Assembly: GCA_951406725.2 (NCBI GenBank)
Contig: OX597819.1
Span: 125,674,001 to 125,738,000 of the forward strand
Length of the DNA stretch: 64,000 nucleotides
Direction: 5' to 3'
Source: Octopus vulgaris
Taxonomy: Eukaryota
Shown piece after piece: positions 11,676 to 25,687 of the stretch. The notes under the pieces are model-generated. The model was not told where the DNA came from. It saw only the letters and a program-made list of their open reading frames with translations, and ran no database searches. Position 1 is the first letter of the stretch, and each line of letters begins with the position of its first letter. The position numbers and the translations under genes are program-made.

Positions 11676-12170
11676 TGGTGGCTGCCCACTCGTTATCGAG
11701 TATGGCCATTGCACGAAGCTTAATCAATGTTGTTATCGTGCAATGCCTGTGCAAGAAGATATTTTTTTAAAGTGAGGAAAGGCTGTGCACTGAGTCAATC
11801 TCACTCACTAAGCAACAGCAGCCATAATCCGAAAAGAAGAACAAGTCAACATCATCGGTAACCACTGAGCCGCAGGTTTTATGTCGGAGTTATCCTAGTT
11901 ACCTGAGTTACCTTCTCCTAGAAGGATGCCCTAACAAAGGCTAGGAGTCCTTCACTCCCAATGGTTTAACCGCGCGATCGGGTATTCAGTCCGATTATTT
12001 CTATGTCCCCGCGCATGATCCAGCCTTAAGACATTTATTGGATGGCCGTTGACTCTCAAGAGTTCCTCCGCCCTTTGACGGGTTTTGTTTTTCATTCCGC
12101 AGGGTGTCCAATAAACACCATCCTCACCAAGCAAGTTTGGTGGGGTTGCCGGTTTATTTGCCGACGACCC
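11676..12170 (-). mobile_element. Non-autonomous RTE-derived bipartite element (RTE-like 5' UTR plus 3' tail) in (CATA)n
   Basis: Last ~44 nt (11680-11723) nearly identical to the 3' UTR of the adjacent RTE (12255-12298). No tRNA head and no ORF. Contains an RTE-5'UTR-like motif GGCATCCTTCTAGGAGAAGGTAACTC. Confidence 0.75.
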
Positions 12171-12249
12171 TCATACATACATACATACATACATACATAC
12201 ATACATACATACATACATACATACATACATACATACATAATACATTATT

Positions 12250-12777
12250 ATTATGGCTTCCCCCTCGTTATCGAGTATGGCCATTGCACGAAGCTTAACT
12301 GTTACTGGTGCTGTGATCGAATGTGACTTTTTAGCCCAGCTAAAGATCTACAATGTCTTGTACAAAATTGGCGACTAAAATCTTTACCGGTAATAGCCGG
12401 CTGTAGTTGTAACTGGGCTTCATGTATCTTTGCATGTCGTTTAAGTCCTCCTGCCGAATTACACTCTCTTCCACATGCCCGACAGATATGATTAGTATGG
12501 TGTGTTACACCACCACCAGTGGCCAGGTTGTCACTCATCTGTCTCGTTTTGTGACTACGATGACTCTTGAGTCCAGCTTTACTGAGGCAGGGTCTTGTAC
12601 AGACATTGCATGTCAGAATCAAAGGAAGACCCTTCCCTTCTGGAAGTGTAACAGCGATGCCCTTCCTGACATCCCTCCTTACTTTCTCATGTACAACTCG
12701 AGATTTCTCAAAAGTGGCTGTCCCCTCGTGCACAATCCTTCTCCACCTGCTACGATCAATAGCTATGCCTTCCCATA
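12250..12777 (-). mobile_element. RTE-clade LINE 3' fragment with three C-terminal C2H2-like fingers
   Basis: WEGIAIDRSRWRRIVHEG (typical RTE post-RT motif), then CNVC..GLKSH, CRAC..GLKRH and (R)QFC..GLKSH. Stop at 12302, short 3' UTR, (TATG)n tail. Confidence 0.85.
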
Positions 12778-13989
12778 ATACATACATACATACATACATA
12801 CATACATACATACATACATACATACATACATTCATACATACATACATACATACATGCATACATGCATACATACATGCATACATACATACATACATACATG
12901 CATGCATGCATACATACAAACGGCGACGATCTGACAGAATCGTCAGCACGCCGGGCAAAATGCTTAGCGGCATTTCGTCCCTTCTGAGTTCAAATTTCGC
13001 TGAGAACGAGTTTGCGTTTCATCCTTCCGGGGTCAATAAAATATGTACCAGTTGAGTACTGACTGTGGTCGATGCAGTGGACTTATCTTCGAATTTGCTG
13101 GGTTTGTACCAAAATTTGAAACTAACTAAATACATACACACATAAATACATACATACATACATACAGACATACATACATACATACATACATACAGACATA
13201 CATACATATATACATACGTGCATGCACGACGTACATATGTGCGTGTATGTATGCGTGTGCGACTATCTTTGATCTTTGTGGGTGTGTGTGTTTATGCGTG
13301 TGTGTGTGTGTGTGTGTGTGTTTGCATATATCAAATGTAATTTACACGACTATTGCTATTTATTTGTTTGTGTTCATATTTGTCAAATTTGCAACCCTCA
13401 CAACATGCGTGAACAGAGGCGACGTTTAATATATTTTGCTTAAGTACACTGTTTATTTGTTCATATATATATCCGTAAACAAACATGCTGACATACATAT
13501 GCACACACATGCATATACATACATGTGAACTGGTGTGTGTGTGTGTATAGCTGATTACATGACAAATATGTATACATATGTATACATATATATATGCATA
13601 TATTTACGTACATATATTTGTATATGAGTATGTTTATACATACATACATACATACATACATACATACATACATACATACATACATACATACGTATATTTA
13701 CTTTTATGTACGGAAGCCTACCTACCTACCCACATACATACATACATAAACACAGACACATAATATAATAGGCCATTCATGAGAAACAAAATATAAGCGG
13801 TTTATTTTTGTATATAAAGATGAATAAACTCACAGTGATGCACACACGTACAGCAGTACATAAATGTATCGTTATAATGTATATACAAACATAAGGCACA
13901 ATGCAGGCGTACGTACGCATACATGTACATATGTTATACATATACTTACATACATGCATTGCACACACGCTTGTATGTTCGTACGTACT

Positions 13990-14443
13990 TATGTGTGTAT
14001 GTATGTATGTATGTATGTATGTATGTATGTATGTATGTATGTGTGTATGTGTGTGTGTATGTATGTATGTATGTATGTATGTATGTATGTATGTATGTAT
14101 GTATGTGTATGTATGTGTGTATGTATGTATGTATGTATGTATGTATGTATGTATGTATGTATGTGTGTGTATGTATGTATGTATGTATGTGTATGTATGT
14201 ATGTATATATGTGTGTGTATGTATGTATGTATGTGTATGTGTATGTATGTATGTATGTATGCATGTATGTGTGTGTATGCATGCATTTATGTATGCAAGT
14301 ATTTATGTACGTATGCTTGTATATTTATATGTATGTATGTGTGTATGTATGTATGTATGTATGTATGTGTGTATGTATGTATGTATGTATGTATGTATGT
14401 ATGTATGTATGTATGTATGTATGTATGTATGTGTGTGTGTATG

Positions 14444-14533
<90 letters not shown>

Positions 14534-14550
14534 CATATACATATATGTAT
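13990..14550. repeat. (TATG)n/(TA)n compound microsatellite
   Basis: Direct reading. Source of the 200-315 aa MYVC ORFs. Confidence 0.97.
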
Positions 14551-14690
14551 ATATTCAGAGGGAGGGAGATATATAACGTGTACACAGATATAGAAAGAAA
14601 ATGGTGGAAACAGAAGATGGCAGCCACTGCCCCTCCCTGCACACGCGCATTAACACACTTAGGCAGTCATACACGTGTGTGTACGCGCGC

Positions 14691-14728
<38 letters not shown>

Positions 14729-15423
14729 GCGCGTGCACGCACACATACGCCATTCATATGGAGACTAGAATAGTCGAGTTGCAAACGAATAGGAAACATT
14801 GGAAAAGTTGAGAGGAACTTTTGTCGCTAGGAAACCAGCAATGCGTGGCAGCTAAAAAGTGACATTTATTGGGAAGAATATTAATTGTCAATAGCCGAAT
14901 GCACTGACAAAGGAATGGTTCCGTTGTCTGTCGTTCGTTCTGGTTATTTCTTTGATTAAACAATGCTCTCGAATTAGTTGATTTTCAACACTAGCCTGTT
15001 TAACTTACGATGGTCACGGACCATACATCACATCCTGTGCAGAATCATATCAGCTCATAAACCAACTCATCACGCATACACATAATCATCAATACATGTG
15101 ATTCGTGCGTGCGCTGGTGCTTGTATGTCTGTGTGTTGAGACATACACATACATATACGGGCAAAAAAAGAAGAAAACGGACACACGTATAAAATGTAGA
15201 TAAATGTATATATACGCTATGTATATTTGTTAAACATGCACACTCGCACACGCACATACACACGTTCTATGAGATTTTGCTCAGTCGTTCCCCCAAAACT
15301 CTAGGCCCATGCGTCTATAATATGAAATGATGTATAAAAGCGTGTATAGACATACGTAGGTACATGTATATGCCTATGTTTATATATTATATTATATATA
15401 TAATATACATATGAACGTGTGGG

Positions 15424-15487
<64 letters not shown>

Positions 15488-15982
15488 TATACCCACACGT
15501 TCATATGTATATTATATTACGCACACACACACACACAATACTATGCCTTGAATATTGTGTGGTCGGAGATATCTATTAGTAGTAGGTCACTAGTATAGCA
15601 TTGTATATACATAATTTAAGTCTGCTAAATCTGACTTCCTGTGCTTGTGCGGTCATTTCGAGGTAGAGGTTAACACGGGTGAAGAACTTATACTCAGTGC
15701 TGGGTTCGAATCCCGCAGTCGTTGTTACTACTACTACTACTACTACTACACACACTCCTATTATACATATAGAACTTTTTTTTTTGTTTCAATCGTTGTA
15801 CAGTGGCCATAATCGGACACTTGTTACAGGTGCCACACAACGTGACTGAACCCGGAACAATGCGCTTGGGAAGTAAACTCCTTACCACATAACCACGGAA
15901 GGAGATATACTCTGCATACATTGATGCGTATATACTGGTGGCAAATGAGTGGCACAAGGCCACTCATTTCTGTGTAGTGGTA

Positions 15983-16502
15983 AGTTGATTACATCGACCC
16001 CAGTTCTCGACTGGTCCTTATTTTATAGACCCCGAAAGGATGAAAGGTAAAGCCGATCTCGGCGGAATTTGAACTCAGAACGTAAAGACGGACGAAATGT
16101 CGCTAAGTAATTTTCCCGGCGTGCTAACGATTCTTATTTCTTTATTGCCCACAAGGGGCTAAACATAGAGGGGACGAACAAGGACAGACAAACGGATTAA
16201 GTCGATTATATCGAACCCAGTGCTTAACTAGTACTTAATTTATCGACCCCAAAAGGATGAAAGGCAAAGTCGACCTCGGCGGAATTTGAACTCAGAACGT
16301 AACGGTAGACGAAATACCGCTAAGCATTTCGCCCGGCGTGCTAACGTTTCTGCCAGCTCGCCGCCTTCAGTGATGCATATATATTTCTTTACTACCCACA
16401 AGGGGCTAAACATAGAGGGGACAAAGACAGACAAAGGGATTAAGTCGATTACATCGACCTCAGTGCGAAATTGGTACTTCATTTATCGACCCCGAAAGGA
16501 TA
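15983..16502 (-). mobile_element. Cluster of SINE family A copies (full monomer ~16136-16367 plus partial copies on either side)
   Basis: Head at 16367-16317, with repeated ATCGACCCCGAAAGGATGAAAGG cores. Confidence 0.85.
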
Positions 16503-16659
16503 GCCATACAGGCATTTGTATGCAATGTTTAGCATACACGGTTCATAAGAAAGGCAATGGTTATTGATATCATGACGTTAAAGAAATTGAAATAGCTAAA
16601 CAAAAATAATTGTGGTTGTAGTTGTAGATAGTTAGTCAACAAAATATATGTACTCCAAT

Positions 16660-16960
16660 CACCATGACCGACCAGGCTATCAGATGTTGCTACACATCGC
16701 TGGTCACAATGCGCTTCGCATTGTTTTAGCCTTCAAATAACGCCACCCGGCTGGCTAAGCGAGCAGGCCAACAGAAGAAAGAGTGGGAGAAAGAGTGGTG
16801 AAAGAGTACAGCAGGGTTTGCCACCACCCACTGCCGGAACCTCGTGGAGCTTTAGGTGTTTTCGCTCAATAAACACTCACAACGCCCGGCCTGGGAATCG
16901 AGACCGCGATCCTACGACCACGAGTCCGCTGCCCTAACCACTGGGCCATTGCGCCTCCAC
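16660..16960 (-). mobile_element. SINE family B, full length, with TSD
   Basis: tRNA-like head with A and B boxes. TSD ATGTACTC(C/T)AAT (16648-16659, 16961-16972). Confidence 0.9.
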
Positions 16961-17157
16961 ATGTACTCTAATAGTGATGTATAAATTGGTATACAGAAGT
17001 ATCTAGGTAGGCAGTAGATTGCCCTGCAAGGTTAAAAAGCGATAGTAACTATTGCATTGTCAGCCATACTGAGTAATTCATGTAGTGGTAACCAGAGGGC
17101 AGTAGCTACGAAGTGCCGACTAGAGCTAGACGCACGATATTAAGCCACACACATACA

Positions 17158-17207
<50 letters not shown>

Positions 17208-17835
17208 CAAAACAACTTGATCTCGAACTTGATCTCGAAACGTACGTCCGTAGGTAACTTAAAATTGCATGATAGATTGCCGTCATTTCATTCTTTCTTT
17301 CTTACCTGTCTGTGTTTGCCTTTCAAGTGCTGTGTTTTTACTGAGATCCCCCTTTTAGTAGAAGGAATAGCTATATCTCTTTGACTGCTCAAATATATAC
17401 ATATAGGCACAAATATATACATATATGCACAGACATAGAGGAACATACACGCTGATTTATTTCTGTCAATACTAGCGACAAAAAAAAAAAATTCAAATAA
17501 TATATATATATATATATATATAATGATAAATATCAAAGTGAGTTATATATATATATGGTAAGAACCATCTAGAGATGGTTAGTTATTACATGTAAAGCAC
17601 ATATGTTGACTTTTTCGCACAAATATATACATATACGCGCAAATATATACCTATAGGCACAAATATATACATATATGCACAGACATAGAGGAACATACGA
17701 TTTATTTCTGTCAATACTAGCGACAAAAAAAAAAAATTCAAATAAATTATTTAAATTTTAGAGTGTTCATACATGAGCTTACTAAATTCATGCATACACA
17801 CTCTCATACATACATGTACATCTTTGTGCGTACAT

Positions 17836-17900
<65 letters not shown>

Positions 17901-18171
17901 ATACCTATAAACAAACACTACATATATACGGTAATATATGCATGCGATTTATAGAAGAAAGCACACACGCACATGCGTACAAGCTTGTGTAAATTAAAAA
18001 GAATGATGAAAGAAGGAAAGGAAGAAGGAAAGACGTCATATGTCTACAAATGCGCAGAGGACGAAATCGCCCCTCCACCCGGTTCTGGTGGCTTGAACAC
18101 ACCGCGTGTTGCGTGAGAGGTTGGAGAGGGCGTGTTCCGATGAGCTGTGAACTGAGACCGAGGAAAACAAA

Positions 18172-18262
<91 letters not shown>

Positions 18263-18973
18263 CACACACGCACGTACGCATACGCGCGCACACACGTGAG
18301 TATTCGCAGGCACACACTCGTCTTAATAAAGCATACAAAACAATAACATTCGACAAATAAAAAAACTTAGCCAACCCAGTAACAAGAGGAGGGGTTTTTT
18401 CTCTCCCCCCCACCGCTCTGCCATGCTTGTTTTTTTTTTTGTTTGTTCGTAGCTGCATGAGTGTCACAGCAATGCATATAATGCCAAGAAGCAAGTCATG
18501 CTTCCATGACGCCGCTTGCCTTGCGGTGCACCTCTGTCTTTCACAAGAATATACGCCTGTCAAATATTTAATTCATGAGGAACGTTAGAAGAATAGAAAC
18601 TATCAACCTGTTCTATCGTTTTTCCTAATTCTATTTGCTGTTTGCAGTCTTTTATTTTGTTGTTGTTGTTGTTGCGTATGATGGCAGTCATCGTTGTTGT
18701 TGTTGTTGTTGTTGGCTTGACGTTGTAGTAGATGTTTGTTTATATTATATATTTATTTTTGTTTAATTTTCAAATTTTTGGATTTGCTGCTCTGGCTGTT
18801 TGTTGTTGGTTTTTGTTGTTGCTTTTTTTTTTTATTATTTTCGTTTAACTTAACTCTTTCTTTTCCCATTCTCGCCTTATCTGTTTATTAAATAAAACGC
18901 CATCCAGGCACATAATGATACAACAACAACAACAACAACAACAACAGCAGCAGCAGCAGCAGCAACAACAACA

Positions 18974-19022
<49 letters not shown>

Positions 19023-19053
19023 TTACTACTACATGTTGTTGTTGTTGTTGTTG

Positions 19054-19124
<71 letters not shown>

Positions 19125-19127
<3 letters not shown>

Positions 19128-21830
19128 TAATCTTATTTACATCACGTGATTTCACTGCACTACCGAGCGCAGCTCTGTGTGCCTTGGGCATGTGCTGTTG
19201 TTTAGATATGGTGCTGCTATTTTCACTGTATAGAAAGTGCTTTACGTAGGTTGTGCCCAGTGCCTTGTAGTTCTATTTTCTCTATGTTATATACATTCAT
19301 AAGCCCTGGTGCTTTTGGCTATGTATTTGTCTGAATGTCTTTAATCATACTTAATGCACCTATTATCATTTTATAGGAATTGTTTCTGTTTTTTAAGCTC
19401 CCCGTTCGGGTTACCTCTATTTCCTGATCTTTGTAGTTTGAGAGTTTCACCATTTCTTTTAGAAATACATTGTCATCTGTTGGGATTGATTCATCAGTTA
19501 GAAGGGATTTTATTCTTAATGGTCTCTGACAACTATATCCAGTCCTTTATCCTTGATTTCTCTATCTGTGTGTCATGGCATATCCCATAGTATGGTTGCT
19601 TTCGCATTTTCTGAGATCTTTTCTTTGGTGTGCCCAAACCATCAATTTCCTGTTGTTATTCCATAGCGTTGGCATAGCTTCCAGTGTATATAGGTTCCAC
19701 CACTATCATGTCTGTGAATATATTCCTTCTTAGCAGGCGGCGAGTTGGCAGAAACGTTATCACGCCGGGCGAAATGCGTAGCCGTATTTCGTCTGCCGTT
19801 ACGTTCTGGGTTCAAATTCCGCCGAGGTCGACTTTGCCTTTCATCCTTTCGGGGTCGATTAAATAAGTACCAGTTACGCACTGGGGTCGATGTAATAAAC
19901 TTAATCCGTTTGTCTGTCCTTGTTTGTCCCCTCTGTGTTTAGCCCCTTGTGGGTAGTAAAGAAATATATATTCCTTCTTAGCTAGAACTTGGGATTTTAC
20001 TTCGTCTATTTCTGTTCTGTTTAGCTTATCTCAGTGTGTGCTACGCAAGGGCTTTTCTTGCCATCGTTTTATTGTGGTACTTTGCTGTTCCAGTTTGAAT
20101 TTCAGTTGTTTTACAGCTTCTTATTGTTTCCTCCTTTTCTTCATAGTTATCAGGTACTATGACACCTTTCTTGTAGTTTGTGTTTTGTGGCTATTTGTTC
20201 CAGTTTTCCATGTTTCTGAATTAGATATTTCTGTCATCTTATGGTGCTTGTTTTATAATAGTTTTCTAGTTGTGCAAGGCCTCTACCACCTTCAATTCGT
20301 TGAATATATAACCTTTCTATGTCAGATTTTGGGTGGTGCATCCAAAATTCTGTCATTATTTTTCTTGTTTTCCGGTCTAGTTTGGTTAGTTCATTTAGAG
20401 CCAAATTAAGTATATTGTAACTCTAACTTATAACTAGGACAACTAGAGTGTTGATATCCATTATCTTGTTTTTCGCATTGAACTCTGTTTTAAGTATTAA
20501 TCTAACTCGTCTATAGTATTCCTTCTTTATTTTCTTTTTCATTTTTGTGTGTTGTACTGTATCCAGTTGATTGATACATAAGTATTTGTATGTCTGACTT
20601 TGGACTAATTTTCTTATTTCATTTGCATTATCTAGCGTGATATTGTTACTCTTAACTAGTTTTCTACTTTCCAAGGTGGAATTACAACCGTGTTTCGTGT
20701 TTCGTGGTCTGCTACCACAACAGCTCCTTTATAGGATCCAGTTAGCTCAAGACATCATCAGGAGGAACCACGTCCGGTTTCGATCCCTACTCCTCTACCG
20801 TTTTGACGTGGCGGCATCCCCCTTTTGGAGGTGACTTCAGCTCTAGTGTTGGGTGCATGTCTTGGCACATTTTTCGAAGCAGAATTTGATGTTTATTTCT
20901 TTAGTAAATTCATGCTCTGTCTCCAGTTGTTTACAATTTGCAGCATATAGTTTTGATCACCCATATACAACTGTTTTACCATAGCAGTTGTACCTACATC
21001 CAGTTCTGTTTAGCGTGTCAGTTGGAGGATAAACAGAAAAGGAGTGGAGAGAGCGAGCCTCCTTGGAATATTCTTCTTCTAATGGAGATGGCTTTTGTTT
21101 TTATGAGTCCCTTTTTTGTCTGGAGCTGCAGCAGTGTCTGGAATGCTTTATATATTTTATTATTATTGGTATTACTTTTGTTCATGGTTAGTGTTTCCAG
21201 GATCCACGTGTGGGCAATACTGTCAAAAGCCTTTCGATTATCGATCCAAGCCATACTTAGACCCTTCTTTTTCTTTCGGCTGCCTTCAGTTATGGCTTTA
21301 TTGATCAATAACTGATATTTACAACGATATAAACCTTTACAGCACCCCTCCTGCTCTTCTGGAAGTAAGTTGTTTTCTTCCAGATGTTTTTTCATTCTCT
21401 GCGATAACATGGAGGCATGTTATGGGCCTGTAGCTTTGTGGGTTTGTCGTTCCAGTCGATTTAGAAATTAGGATGCTTTCCTTTCTGTGAGCCATTCAGG
21501 TGTTGTCTCTCGCTCTGCTAGTTCCTCATTGAATTTCTCCGTCAGCGTCGTATATTTTCCTGTTCGATATTTTAGCCAGAAATTGGTGGTCTTGTCGTGC
21601 CCGGATGCCTTCCAGTTGCTTAGTTTTTGCAGTGTCTGGGTGTCCTCTTCCGTTGTCCATGTCCGTGTCCAGAGTTGTTCAGGTGCTCTGTTTGTTGTTT
21701 TAATAGATCTATTCTGAGGTTGTTCCTTCATCGACTATACTTCTTTCCAAAATTCTTCTGCTTCTTCTGCTGTTGGTACTGCATTGATCTGCATTTCATT
21801 TTTGCTAAGTTCTTTGTAGAATCATTTGGG
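19125..21830 (-). mobile_element. 5'-truncated, decayed R4/Dong-clade LINE (RT plus RLE)
   Basis: Collinear motifs: PK.FYK, KLSNWKASGHD, MAWIDNRKAFDSIAH, IFQGGSLSPLLF, a YMDD-like motif ~20965, YKYL, RHD..IHWKLC, RLE tail LRKALSIQ*. The 3' UTR ends in (AAT)n. Confidence 0.9.
19735..19965 (+). mobile_element. SINE family A monomer with a 17-bp TSD, nested in Dong
   Basis: TSD ATATATTCCTTCTTAGC at 19718-19734 and 19966-19982. A box TGGCAGAAACG, B box GGTTCAAATTCC. Confidence 0.93.
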
Positions 21831-21881
21831 ATTCTTCTTCTTCTTCTTCTTCTTCTTCTTCTTCTTCTTCTTCTTCTTCTT

Positions 21882-21958
<77 letters not shown>

Positions 21959-21965
21959 TATTATT

Positions 21966-22474
21966 GAGTGAGAGAGTAGTGCATGGCATCAAAGTGACAC
22001 TGGGGTAAAATATACGAAGCCCAGTATACCCATCATGACTACCCGTCTAATAAGGGTACACCAGGCACTTGCATCACAACCATATGTATGCAACATAATG
22101 ATCTCATATTAAGATAAAGAGCGCATTACCTTGCAGGTGGGGCCCAGTCAGAATTTTCTTCAGGTCGAGTAGCTCATCCCGCTCAAAATGTCCCTGAATA
22201 AGGGTTGTTTGGGGAAGTTGAACAAAATAGCGCTGTTTACTAAGGTGAATTGTCCAAACTCTAAAGAATTCCTCTCAGCACATGGCTATGATGCTCCTCC
22301 ACTACTCCTGTTCGTGATCAGAGATGCAAATATCGTCAGCCACTAAGGGACATGCTCAACTCGTTAAGGTCAAACAACTGACAAGCAAATCTTTGGTATT
22401 GAGCAGAATATTTGCTGTCGCCCATCTTTTATACTAAGAAAAAACAATGTACATGATAACACTTCCAGTCTGTT
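21966..22474 (-). mobile_element. ~556-bp (AAT)n-associated non-autonomous element, slightly 5'-truncated copy
   Basis: Reverse complement of 28688-29243. Flanked by (ATT)n. Confidence 0.85.
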
Positions 22475-22512
22475 GATTATTATTATTTACTTTTAATCTG
22501 CATGTTTGTTAC

Positions 22513-22717
<205 letters not shown>

Positions 22718-22852
22718 GCCTTTGTACAGATTCTAACGCTGAAGAGGTATTACAGTGTCAGCTGTTCACTACCAGTAAACTAAGGTAACACGTCTTATTT
22801 TCCGAGCACTTTCCCGAGTATTCGAGCGGTTCCAAGCAGTGCTGTTTTCAGA
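22718..22852 (-). mobile_element. 3' tip of a second R4/Dong family
   Basis: LKTALLGTARILGKVLGK* followed by a short UTR ending in (AAT)n. Confidence 0.75.
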
Positions 22853-23989
22853 CAGTTAGGGACGGTACAAGAGCAGGATAAAACTACGATGGATAGTTTA
22901 AATGTATACAATGTGAAAATGGAAATAATAAGAACAAAAGATGATAGTACAATTCCAACTGAAAATTCCCCTTTAAGGAAAAACTGCCCAGGACTTTTCG
23001 ATGAATCCCAGTTAAAGAACTGGGATCGCCCTGACCACAAGGGCCCGCACCCTCTTTCAGATGTTGTTTCATCTATAGATTCATGCAGGGAGCAAACTGA
23101 GTATAATTGATCTTCTTAGCCCGAATTGTTTTTCCTGGGAAAAGGGTAGAGGTTTAGTCGACTAAATCGACCCAACTTGTTGACATGTACCTTAATTTAA
23201 GGAGCCCGTTAATTTAAGGTCAAACAACTGACAAGCAAAGGTTGAACAGCAAAGTTGATTTCGGAGGGATTTAATATTAAAACGTACAGAGCCGGAAAGA
23301 AATACAGCAAAGCATTTTTGCCCAGGTACTTTAAACCATTCTGCCAAACACCAATAATAAAAATAATTTCTGACATGGTACTAGGCCAGAGATTTGAGGA
23401 TAAAATAAAAGTAATAATAATTTTTAATTTTGGAGCAAGGACAGTTATTTCGGGATAAGTGATAAGTGGATTGCATCGACCCTATTTTATTGATTTTGAA
23501 AGGATGGAAGGCAAAGTCAACCTAGGTGGAATTTGAACCTAGAATGACAAAAGAGGACGAAATGTCATTAAACGTTTTGTCTGATGTGCTAACGATTCTA
23601 CCAGCTTCCCGTCTTTTTATAATAATCATAATAATAATAATTCTTTCTACTATAGAAACAAGGCCTGAAATTCTGAGGGAGGCAACTCCAGTGCTCAACT
23701 GGTGCTCATTTTCTCGAACCTTAAAGGATGAAGGACAAATACCAACACAACAACAATGATGATGATGATGATGAAGATGACTGTTTCTTTTGTTACAAAC
23801 GGCAACTGAGGAGGACAATAATTAGGATGAAGTTCTGATGATGTACATTGCACAGCGACTTCCGGTGATACAAGGCAACGAGAACAGCAGCAAAACCAAC
23901 TCAAGTGAATAGAAAAAACTGATGCTGTGTAAATTCCCTCGACACACTGTTCTATTGTGTGTATATATCTCTCACCCTCTCTCTTTCTC

Positions 23990-24252
<263 letters not shown>

Positions 24253-24380
24253 TTATGCATACATACATAGATACATACATACATGCGTATACGTATACAT
24301 ATACAAATATATACAACACAACAATGAATTTAGGGAATATACACAGTATCAGCATATATATATATATTTGCGTGTGCGTG

Positions 24381-24449
<69 letters not shown>

Positions 24450-24450
24450 C

Positions 24451-24504
<54 letters not shown>

Positions 24505-24687
24505 ATGTATATACATACACACTCATTTTTGCATATATATATATACATGTATCGTAGAGAGATCTAGGCCACATATGAATGGTCTAAAAATGTGGACGCT
24601 CAAAAGAACATACATCCATATTTGATGAAAGAACTGCAGTGACTTGAGGCCTTTACAAGATATATACGTATATATGTATATATGCAC

Positions 24688-24772
<85 letters not shown>

Positions 24773-24821
24773 AGACTGCATGATCACAGTCTAATGACTG
24801 AAACAAGTAAAAAAATAAAGA

Positions 24822-24859
<38 letters not shown>

Positions 24860-25097
24860 TTAAGTCACAATATATGGATTCAAGTAATCTGGTGGTACTC
24901 ATAAAAACGCTCCTTAATGTATCATTTTACAAAGTATCATACAAGAGAAAAGTATAAGGTTATAAAAACGAGGGAAATATACTATGATGAAATTTATTAA
25001 GCCACTGGAAACTTACTTAACCATTGGCAACTTCCAATAGTTAAATATATTTTATCATACAATTTACTCACATTATTTATAAATACTAATGTTTAGT

Positions 25098-25190
<93 letters not shown>

Positions 25191-25354
25191 TGTGTGTGTG
25201 CATATTAGAGGGAAACCACTATGTGGACACCCTTATGCTAGAAATAGATACGCTATGGTCTTACCACTAAGAAATGTTCTAAAGAAAAATTCAGCAAAAC
25301 AACCAAAAGGTAATCGAGGAAGACAAAAGAAAAAGCAATAAAAATAAGGATTAT

Positions 25355-25426
25355 TCGCATACATGTTTCACTATTAACATATTACGTAATTTTACTTACA
25401 TAAATATCCGTAGATCATCAGTGCGA
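25355..25426 (-). ncRNA. Minimal type I hammerhead ribozyme (canonical core) in a (TA)n-flanked, Penelope-like fragment (~25200-25610)
   Basis: UCGCA-CUGAUGA-[long AU-rich stem II]-GAAA-CAUGUA-UGCGA. 5-bp stem I, palindromic ACAUGU stem III. Confidence 0.75.
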
Positions 25427-25606
25427 CCGTCCAGATGAATATAATTTGCAGGACTGCATACTGCGACGTCCGCACAAAGTCAGACTGGTAAAACAGTCCT
25501 ACCCATTACACTCGTGGCTACTATTTCAAATGTCCTCGTTTTGGCGCACCAAATTACCTGAAAAACTGATGCTGCAGATAATATTTTACTACAGTGGCTT
25601 TTGCCG

Positions 25607-25687
<81 letters not shown>

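Noticed and set aside
12302-12973. Host C2H2 zinc-finger gene
   Set aside because: The fingers follow an RTE post-RT motif, lack TGEKP linkers, and end in a LINE tail. The N-terminus is microsatellite.
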